Assembly: GCA_963808625.1 (NCBI GenBank)
Contig: CAWEHK010000008.1
Coordinates: forward strand, 1-64,000
Reading direction: 5' to 3'
DNA length: 64,000 nt
Source: an uncultured delta proteobacterium
GTDB taxonomy: Bacteria > Desulfobacterota > Syntrophobacteria > Syntrophobacterales > Syntrophobacteraceae
Under the pieces are notes generated by a model, which saw only the letters and a list, made by a program, of their open reading frames with translations, did no database searches and was not told the origin of the DNA. Shown here in pieces: positions 57,225 through 64,000 of this stretch; position 1 is the stretch's first letter; each line of letters opens with the position of its first letter. Made by a program: the position numbers and the translations under genes.

Positions 57225-58320
57225 GGCTATACCTCCTTGGAGTTTGGGTGAAGGGTTGACACTCCAAGTATAGGCATGCTGGACTCTTCAGAGAATTGTC
57301 GGGATTCACTCGGGGGCTGGCAGTGCGGCACTGCGCGTAGCGCTTAGTTCAACCGAGGGTTGGAGCGGAGTACCCACGTGATTACGGTGCTTACACCGTC
57401 GGCACTAGAATCAGAGTGGGTGAGAATGGAGACAAACGTGGCAATCGCCTTAGAACGAAAAGGGAAACTACAGGTAATCCCTCTCGATGTCATGTCTTGT
57501 GATCCGCCCTCTCTTTGGACAAGCTATCAAACGATTTCTTTCCAGTCCAATTATAAGGAGGGTCTCAGCAAGCTTGCCGATATTTTGGAAATCCGCGCTA
57601 CACCTCCCCAAATAGCCGGTGTATTGAAATCTGGTGCGATTTCAGACCTCAGGGCGGTAACCGTTCTGGAGCCTGAAGGAAACCTAGCGGCAGAAGTGAT
57701 GGACCTATCATCCGAGTTGCAGCGGGAATCAAGTCAAGGAGACCGGACCACACCTGAACTGCCACAAGTGATGAACCAAGAGCGGCCTTCCATCAAGACC
57801 AAAATCACCTTGAAGCATTGGGTAGCTATTTTGGGCCTGATCGTGGCCATCTTTGCGCTTCCATGGATTTGGGAGAAGTTGACCTCCAACCCGCCTCCCC
57901 TGCCAGCAAGTGAGACCGTAAAGGAGTTGACCCCCACCCCGCCTCCCCCGCCACCACGTGAGACCGTAACTGTATACCCGCAAATCGGGCAGGATAAAGA
58001 TAGAGGTCAATATACTTCCATCAAGAACACTTTAGCCAAGTCTCGATTCACGGTGATGCCACTGGAGGTTTTGAACCGCAGAATCAGTCGTAGTGAAATT
58101 CGGTATTGCAATCCAAGCAATACTGAAGATGCCACCGCACTAAAGAGTCTCCTTGAGTCAAAAGGCTTTGGCGAACTTGGCCTAGTGAATATCAGCGATT
58201 GCGACGCCAAAGCGAATCGAAACATCCTTGAGCTCTGGGTTCAATCCAGCAATTGATGCTGCGTGATGCCAAACAATTACCGAAGACTCTAACGAGTGAC
58301 GAGACGAGTGGGGTCGGGCC

Positions 58321-58474
58321 TAATGCCGTTAACTTAAGGAAAATCTCGTCGGCCACGTCGTCATCCCAGGAAAGGCTTGGTCTGGAAGACTTTGAAAACA
58401 CACCATTTCGCGTTTCGCCTGAATGGCGCCAAGGTGTCTCCACATCAGGGTGAGAGCTTAAGTTAACGGCATTA
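58321..58474. mobile_element. IS4-family MITE
   Basis: Perfect 18-bp TIR TAATGCCGTTAACTTAAG; 9-bp target duplication GGTCGGGCC at 58312-58320 and 58475-58483. Confidence 0.85.
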
Positions 58475-58945
58475 GGTCGGGCCAAGCTAGGTGTCCTATG
58501 TCCCAGGAAAACCGTTCAGGATAAAGGGCTTTTTTGACTTTAGAAGTGCATTTTTGATGGGGAAATTGACCGTTTAAGGCAAAGAGTAATAGGATATGGC
58601 AAGAGCCAAACGGTATTTCCTGTCTGGATATGCGTGACATCTAACTCATCGGCGTCACAAGAAGGAATTTCTCCTCAAGTTCGCAAGGCGCAAGGGGCCG
58701 CAGGCGATGGTTCCACTGGCGGTTCGAGGCAAAGAAACGTTATGGTCTGCGGGTTCTGAACTACATGGTCATATCCAAATAGATCCATGCTACGGAGATT
58801 GACTATGAACGACAACCCGAACGGAGACACATCCCACGAAATCACTTAGCATCATTACCAAAGAAGGCTACTCGCGCGCTGCCATGGAAGACGATGTGCA
58901 TGGAAAAGCAAAGGAATGTCGTGTGTCTGCAGTAGGCGTGCCTGG
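58475..58945 (+). repeat. Repeat unit 1: RAYT element end, RAYT 5' relic (58596-58788) and GH75 5' relic
   Basis: MARAKR...HLTHR.HKKEFLLKF...FEAKKRYGLRVLNYMV.S with stops; near-copy at 59623-60082. Confidence 0.8.
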
Positions 58946-58961
58946 CGAGCAGGGTCGGGCC

Positions 58962-59622
58962 GTAAGCGCCGGGATAAACCGGCATAGAGTAGGGGATGAA
59001 AGAGCCCCACATGAAAGGAGGAGCTGCTCCATCGTGGCCCCGAGTCATGTGCGGGTAGCCGTGAGGTTACACGTGATGCAGTTGACAGGGGAAAACGCAG
59101 GCCAGCCATTGAGCTCCGAAATCACCCATCCGGGATGCCGACCTTGTGGTCCGAGGGGGAAGGCAATACTGGATGAGGGCGTTAGACAGCGAGCCCTCGC
59201 CAGGTCCCGCGGAGTCTAAGACCCTGTGCATGCGTGGACAGTCTATGCTCGAGAACCGGGAGATCTCCATAGCCTCTGGGGGCATCATCGCAGAGCGGTC
59301 GGGGAAGGCCTGTGGCCATAAGCCCGATGTGAACGCTATGGAGAAGTCAGACATCGGCGTAGTACCGAAGAAGGAGCCGAACAACGCACAGTGGCGGCGG
59401 AGGCTCTGGAGGGAAGGCCGGTGACCGAGGGGAATTCTGTAAAGCCCGACTGGGACCTGCACACAGTGGCAGGAGTAAACATTGATCGGACTTGACAGAA
59501 TACGTGAAACAGCAGAAATCAGCGACTTTGCGTCATTAACCCAAGGTAGGAGCCGTATGAGATAATTCCTCACGTACGGATCTGTGCGGGGGGTGCCGGG
59601 CGACCGGCATTCCTACCGCGAT
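58962..59622 (+). ncRNA. ORF-less group II intron (class E-like), 661 nt
   Basis: DV GAGCCGTATGAG...CACGTACGGATC (59550-59582); DVI with bulged A ending CCTACCGCGAT; IEP N-terminal relic MEKSDIGVVPKK; flanks rejoin to GGTCGGGCC|AAGC. Confidence 0.9.
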
Positions 59623-60082
59623 AAGCCAAGTGTTCCATGTCTCAGGAAAACCTTTCAGGATAGAGGGCTTTTTTGATCTTAGGAGTGCATTTTTGATGGA
59701 GAAATTGACCGTTTAAGGCAAAGGAGTAAAGGGATACGGCGAGAGCCAAACAGCAGTCTTTATCCGGCTATGCGTGACATCTAACTCATCGGTGTCACAA
59801 GAAGGAATTTCTCCTCAAGTTCGCATGGCGCAGGGGGCCGCAGGCGATGGCTCCACTGGCGGTTCGAGGCAAAGAAACATTATGGTCTGCGGGTTCTGAA
59901 CTACATGGTCATATCCAAGTACATCCATGCTACAGAGATTGACTATGAACGACAACCCGAACGGAGACACATGCCATGAAATCACTTGGCATCGTTACCA
60001 AAGAAGGCTACTCGCGCGCTGTTATGGAAAACGATGTGCATGGAAAACCAATGGAATATCGTGCACTTGTAGTAGGCGTGCC
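59623..60082 (+). repeat. Repeat unit 2: RAYT element end, RAYT 5' relic and GH75 5' relic
   Basis: Colinear with 58484-58945 by eye. Confidence 0.8.
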
Positions 60083-60176
60083 AGTCTTGAGAGTACAAGA
60101 CCACAGGTGACAGCGATAGGAAACCTTGACCATCTTGGATGACTTGGGTGAGGTTATCAGAAGGAACGGATAAACC

Positions 60177-60410
60177 GTGAAATTTGAACTCATCAGCCAA
60201 ATCGAAGGGATCGAGGTCATCGCGGTCGGGACCAGCATCCGCAATTTGGCTTATCTTGAAAAGATTTATGGCTCGGGGCGATGGAGAAAGCTCAAGGGCA
60301 GAGCTCATGCCCGACTCCCCAATGGAAACATCAGGTGGGTTGAGTTACCCTGGTACGAAGCTCATGGGATTGGCCGTAAAGATATAAAAATTAAGCGTTA
60401 TATGGAATGA
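60177..60410 (+). CDS. Small basic putative toxin domain
   Basis: YG.GRWRKLKG...E..WYEAHGIGRK..KIKR; paired with the downstream acidic ORF. Confidence 0.6.
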   Translation: MKFELISQIEGIEVIAVGTSIRNLAYLEKIYGSGRWRKLKGRAHARLPNGNIRWVELPWYEAHGIGRKDIKIKRYME

Positions 60411-60414
60411 GACA

Positions 60415-60654
60415 ATGATTAAGCACAAAACACATTTTGCCATCTGCGTTGATAATACCGACTACGAAGCTTCTCTGGTCTTGAGAAAGATCTATGAGAT
60501 CATTCCGGATGAGGCGGCTGCCAGGGACGATCTCTTAAGAATTGTGGATGAGAGCGGGGAGGACTACCTCTATCACAGGAGCCAGTTCGTGGTGGTGGAG
60601 TTTCCAGTAGAAGTGGAGCATGCATTGCTCGCTGCGCAGGGTATGACAGCGTAG
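60415..60654 (+). CDS. Small acidic putative immunity/antitoxin protein
   Basis: L...KIYE...RIVDESGEDYLY...F motif. Confidence 0.6.
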   Translation: MIKHKTHFAICVDNTDYEASLVLRKIYEIIPDEAAARDDLLRIVDESGEDYLYHRSQFVVVEFPVEVEHALLAAQGMTA

Positions 60655-60657
60655 CGG

Positions 60658-60862
60658 TAACTCATCGCTGTCACAAGAAGGAATTTCTCCTCAAGTTCGC
60701 AAGCGACCGCGGGCGATGCCTCCGCTGGCTGTTCGAAGCAAAAAAACGATATGGACAGCGTGTTCTGAGTTACATGGGCGCATCCAACCACATCCATTTG
60801 GAGCACAAGTGGAGTGAGAGCATTGCCGTAGGAAGCAGCAATTTTGTCGAAAGGATGAAGGG
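60658..60862 (+). pseudogene. Third RAYT (Y1/HUH transposase) relic, internally deleted
   Basis: HRCHKKEFLLKF...YMGASNHIHL fused to the C-terminal KWSESIAVGS..FV. Confidence 0.75.
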
Positions 60863-60899
60863 TGGATTACTAACCGCAACTCGAACGGAGACGCATCCT

Positions 60900-61532
60900 A
60901 TGAAAACACTTGGCATCATTTCCAACGAAGGCTATTCGTGCACGGTCATGGAAGACGACGAAGGGCGCGTTTTTTACACAGCAGATGGCGATATTGATGC
61001 TGATGGAGCGAACGGCCAGAATGGAGCTCCAGCCGCCTATAGAGCCGACGATAAGGGTACGGAGAGTCTCGCCAATGGCGGGATGGCGATCCGCGACGGG
61101 AAAGTCATCTGCGCGAATTCCTGGGCGCGGGATATCGTAATTCTCGGGCCAGACAATGAGCCCAAGATTTTCCCAGGCGGTATCATCGCGTCTTGCACAT
61201 GGTATCGCCACCCCGGCAAGCCAGCCAATGACCCGGCGGCTTACGTCGATGCCGAAACGGTGCCCTACATCGTCGTTCCTCCGCTCATTATCCAAGCCAC
61301 AGCCGGCGTGGTGCGCGGATGCAAGGCCCGCGTGACCTGGCGCAGCAAATCCGTCGATTGCGTCGTTGCCGACAAAGGCCCGAGGAACAAAATCGGTGAG
61401 TTAAGCATTGCCGCAGCCCGTGAGATCGGTCTGCCGTCCAGTCCCCGCAGCGGCGGAACGGACAAGCCCGAAATTTTCTATGAACTGTGGCCAGGCGTCG
61501 CAGCGCCAGGTTTCGTGCTCCAACCAGCGTAA
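60900..61532 (+). CDS. GH75 (fungal-type chitosanase-like) protein
   Basis: DIDADG, VDAETVPYIVVP, VVADKGP..KIGELSIA. Confidence 0.8.
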   Translation: MKTLGIISNEGYSCTVMEDDEGRVFYTADGDIDADGANGQNGAPAAYRADDKGTESLANGGMAIRDGKVICANSWARDIVILGPDNEPKIFPGGIIASCTWYRHPGKPANDPAAYVDAETVPYIVVPPLIIQATAGVVRGCKARVTWRSKSVDCVVADKGPRNKIGELSIAAAREIGLPSSPRSGGTDKPEIFYELWPGVAAPGFVLQPA

Positions 61533-61599
61533 TGGCCATTTGGGGCGGGTGGGGTCGGGTTCACTGCCCAGGCAATGCCTATGGAGATGCAACACCAAT

Positions 61600-61826
61600 A
61601 AAGCACTCATTCTTATTCAGATAGGCTCTCCAAATCCCTGCTTTGCGGATGCTGATTAATGCCCAACCAACTTTTCGGGTTGCTCAGAGAAGAAATTTAT
61701 AGGACACCATGGCAGAGCGATCCTGCGTGAACATACAGAGCAAAAAAGGAAAGGCCAGGACCTACCAGGTAAGGCAAGTGCGCTCAAGGCCTTCGAGAGG
61801 TTGAAATTGGAGCATGGCACTGAAAG
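61600..61826 (+). pseudogene. hicA: HicA-like toxin relic
   Basis: Fragments YRTPWQ.DP.VNIQ.K.GKA..YQVRQV.LKA across frameshifts, upstream of hicB. Confidence 0.65.
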
Positions 61827-62143
61827 ATGATCGTTACACTTACCGGGTTACATGGTCTGAGGACGATAAAGAGTACGTGGGTTTGTGCGCGGAATTCCCC
61901 AGTTTGAGCTGGCTGGCGCGTACTCCTGAGGCAGCCCTGAAAGGTATTCGCAAGGTCGTTGCAGAGGTCGTTGTGGATATGAAAGACAACGGCGAGCCCC
62001 TCACAGTGCCCATTGCATCCAGACAGTATAGTGGCAAATTCGTGATCCGGGTTCCCCCTGAAGTACATCGCAACCTGGCAGTCCAGGCTGCAGAAGCCAG
62101 CGTGAGCTTGAATCGTTTGGCCGGTTCAAAGCTGGCTCAGTAG
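61814..62143 (+). CDS. hicB: HicB-family antitoxin
   Basis: YTYRVTWSEDD.EYVG.CAEFPSLSW; YSGKF..RVPPEVHR.L. Confidence 0.85.
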   Translation: MALKDDRYTYRVTWSEDDKEYVGLCAEFPSLSWLARTPEAALKGIRKVVAEVVVDMKDNGEPLTVPIASRQYSGKFVIRVPPEVHRNLAVQAAEASVSLNRLAGSKLAQ

Positions 62144-62196
62144 CATGAAACCCGCATAAACAGTCATGACTGCATGCCGAAAAAAAAGATTGGCGG

Positions 62197-62236
62197 TTGA
62201 CACCACTCCTGGTATGGGCTTACAATGTAGCTACAT
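62197..62236 (+). promoter_or_regulatory. Sigma70 promoter with overlapping palindromic operator for mazEF
   Basis: TTGACA-18 nt-TACAAT; perfect palindrome ATGTAGCTACAT at 62225-62236. Confidence 0.65.
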
Positions 62237-62256
62237 AATATCGGGAGGATTGTCTA

Positions 62257-62505
62257 ATGAAGACGCGCCTAATTCGTATTGGAAATTCTCGTGGCATCCG
62301 ACTGCCAAAGCCGCTCATCGCTCAAGCCGGCCTGACCGACGAGGTGGAACTGCATGTAAGAGAGGGAGCCATAGTGATCGAGGCCACCTCCAAACCGAGG
62401 GGTGGATGGGCTCAAGCTGCCAAAGATATGCATGAATGCGATGACGATCTGCTGTTAGATCCACCTGCGCCTACCCAATTTGACGAGAAGGAGTGGGAAT
62501 GGTAG
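62257..62505 (+). CDS. mazE: AbrB/MazE antitoxin
   Basis: IRIGNSRGIRLPK...R.GW. Confidence 0.9.
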   Translation: MKTRLIRIGNSRGIRLPKPLIAQAGLTDEVELHVREGAIVIEATSKPRGGWAQAAKDMHECDDDLLLDPPAPTQFDEKEWEW

Positions 62506-62834
62506 TGGCTGGAGATGTTCGCAGAGGTGATGTTTTCCTGATCAGCCTGGACCCGACTCGTGGGGGTGAGATCCAGAAGACCCGCCCTTGTGTAATCGTC
62601 TCGCCGGATGAACTCAATGCCAATTTACGGACATTCATTGTTGCGCCTCTCACGACGGGCGAGCATCCTTATCCCTTTCGGGTGCCCTGCAAGTTTCAAG
62701 GCCGTTCAGACCATATCGTTCTCGATCAAATTCGCACTGTGGATCGTGAGCGGTTGGAACGGCGACTGGGAAAGCTTTCCTCATCTACCCTCGGGCGTGT
62801 TTTGGCAATTTTGCAGGAGATGTTCACACCATAG
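62499..62834 (+). CDS. mazF: MazF/PemK endoribonuclease toxin
   Basis: LDPTRG.EIQKTRPCVIVSP, APLTT, DQIRTVD..RL. Confidence 0.92.
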   Translation: MVVAGDVRRGDVFLISLDPTRGGEIQKTRPCVIVSPDELNANLRTFIVAPLTTGEHPYPFRVPCKFQGRSDHIVLDQIRTVDRERLERRLGKLSSSTLGRVLAILQEMFTP

Positions 62835-62937
62835 CTATGGCCTGACCTGCCGCCCAAATGGTTTCAGCTGTTTTCGAGTGGTGTCAGGCAAAGCTAAATA
62901 TTCCATGTCTCAGGAAAACGTTCCAGGATCAGATCAT

Positions 62938-63243
62938 ATGAGAGAGGAAAGAATTAAGCCTGTTCATCCCGGTGAGGTCCTCTTAGAGGAGTTCCTTAAG
63001 CCCATGGGGATTAGCCAGAACAAGCTGGCGCTTGATATACGTGTTCCGCCGCGCCGCATTAACGAGATCGTGCACGGAAAACGCAGAATTACGGCAGATA
63101 CAGCTCTACGTCTTGCGCGCTGCTTTGGCACATCTCCGCAGTTCTGGCTAGGCCTTCAGATGGACTACGATCTTGACGTTGAGGAAGACAGGCTCGGCGA
63201 TAGGCTGCAACACGATGTGCGCCAGTATGCAGCTACCGGTTAA
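62938..63243 (+). CDS. higA: HigA-family antitoxin, orphan (no higB upstream)
   Basis: PVHPGEVL.EEFL, RINEIV.GKR.ITADTALRL, FWL.LQ..YDL. Confidence 0.9.
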   Translation: MREERIKPVHPGEVLLEEFLKPMGISQNKLALDIRVPPRRINEIVHGKRRITADTALRLARCFGTSPQFWLGLQMDYDLDVEEDRLGDRLQHDVRQYAATG

Positions 63244-63245
63244 TT

Positions 63246-63308
63246 ACGATCAAGGGCTTCCAGTGGACGCTCGCTTTGCTCGCGCCAATGAAGCACGCGC
63301 CGTTATGC
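63246..63308 (+). other. attC-like site with a degenerate 5' core
   Basis: GCTTCCAGTGGACGCTCGCTTTGCTCGCGCCAATGAAGC stem-loop ending in GTTATGC. Confidence 0.7.
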
Positions 63309-63331
63309 TCAAATACCAGAGGATGAAACCG

Positions 63332-63589
63332 ATGCCAACAATACTTTTAATACTCGGGTGGAGAGTGTTCTTCTACACCAATGAGGGGAATGAACCCATC
63401 CATGTCCATTGCCGCAAAGGAGACATGGAATGCAAATATTGGCTGGATCCCCAGAGATTTAATATTGAGGAGGCTTTTGCCTATAATGTCTCACCAGCAG
63501 ATAAGAGGCAGATCAGGAAAATCATCTATGAGCATTTCGAATATATCGAACAGCAATGGGATGAGTTTCAAAGGAGGTCACATCAATGA
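63332..63589 (+). CDS. DUF4160 protein (TA toxin-like)
   Basis: MPTI...GWR.FFY.NE..EPIHVH. Confidence 0.85.
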   Translation: MPTILLILGWRVFFYTNEGNEPIHVHCRKGDMECKYWLDPQRFNIEEAFAYNVSPADKRQIRKIIYEHFEYIEQQWDEFQRRSHQ

Positions 63590-63843
63590 GGAAACATCAT
63601 GATATCAAAAACGTGACGTTTGAAGGTGACGCCCTGGTTTTGACTATCGACGGTGAGGAAAGACGATTCCAACTGAAGGAGATATCCCCTCTCCTTCAAA
63701 AAGCGTCAGATCAAGAGAGAAACACTCTCGAAATCTCACCCTCGGGCTATGGGATACATTGGCCTCTATTAGATGAAGACATTTCCATCGATGGATTGCT
63801 CGGAATTTATCATGCACCGGAATGGCAACGAAAGAGCGCATAA
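63586..63843 (+). CDS. DUF2442 protein (TA partner)
   Basis: L..AS..ER...EIS..GYGIHWP.LDEDISIDGL; ATGA overlap with DUF4160. Confidence 0.85.
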   Translation: MRKHHDIKNVTFEGDALVLTIDGEERRFQLKEISPLLQKASDQERNTLEISPSGYGIHWPLLDEDISIDGLLGIYHAPEWQRKSA

Positions 63844-64000
63844 CCAGGAGGGAGAAATGGTAAGCCCATGCAGGCAAGCATGGAGTTCATCACCACCTCG
63901 CGCTGCGCGCTTTTCGCTTATTCAATCCACAAAAAGAAAGCACAAAGAAGTGTCCACTTCCTTTTCGTAGTTCAAAACCAGGTCAAAATGAGTGGAGCGT

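Larger units (their letters stand above)
54896..57353 (-). mobile_element. IS91-family element encoding a tyrosine recombinase and a Y2 transposase
   Basis: TCAAC at both junctions; oriIS-like GAAATTCTTAATAC downstream of tnp; terIS-like GTTGAACTAAGC upstream of the genes. Confidence 0.88.
54743..58256 (+). pseudogene. TIR-domain / TM / Pro-rich / LytR_C-like gene interrupted by the IS91-like element
   Basis: KVFISY...WVDAIN (54743-54895) rejoins in frame with RGLERSTH...SEWVRME (57354 onward) once the insertion is removed. Confidence 0.88.

Noticed and set aside
58475..60862. CRISPR array or DGR template/variable repeats
   Set aside because: Units are hundreds of bp and derive from RAYT/GH75 genes; there is no repeat-spacer periodicity, differences are not confined to adenines, and no RT ORF is present
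63844..64000. Complete attC after the DUF2442 gene
   Set aside because: The GCATAAC box is present, but no matching L boxes or GTT core could be found

Overview
Bacterial chromosomal window. Gene content suggests an anaerobic deltaproteobacterium (Desulfobacterota/Syntrophobacterales-like; this is inference). More than 20 single-base frameshifts split even housekeeping genes, which most likely reflects long-read consensus error. Positions 1-54.2 kb hold metabolic and envelope genes: a Mo/W-bisPGD oxidoreductase, ADP-ribosylglycohydrolase, uxs, an ABC exporter, a PIG-L deacetylase, a TIM-barrel glycosidase, an exonuclease-RecQ-UvrD fusion next to an orphan MTase and a restriction-enzyme relic, a rhomboid plus TPR pair, oppDF, wzi, a stand-alone DAC protein, PPi-PFK, a PG-binding patatin, a histidine kinase and RACo. 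This part also contains a long minus-strand run in which sucA-sucB-lpdA sits inside a glycan cluster (GH2-GT2 fusion, two GT-B-like proteins, acyltransferase-3), several gene relics and many REP/MITE-type repeats. Positions 54.6-64 kb form an integron-cassette-like accessory array with attC-like sites but no IntI in the window. The array carries a TIR-TM gene split by an IS91/tyrosine-recombinase element, triplicated RAYT (Y1 transposase) relics, a GH75 gene and several TA or toxin-immunity modules. It also carries an IS4-type MITE and an ORF-less group II intron, both inserted at the same GGTCGGGCC|AAGC site, and the intron's putative EBS1 is complementary to that site.
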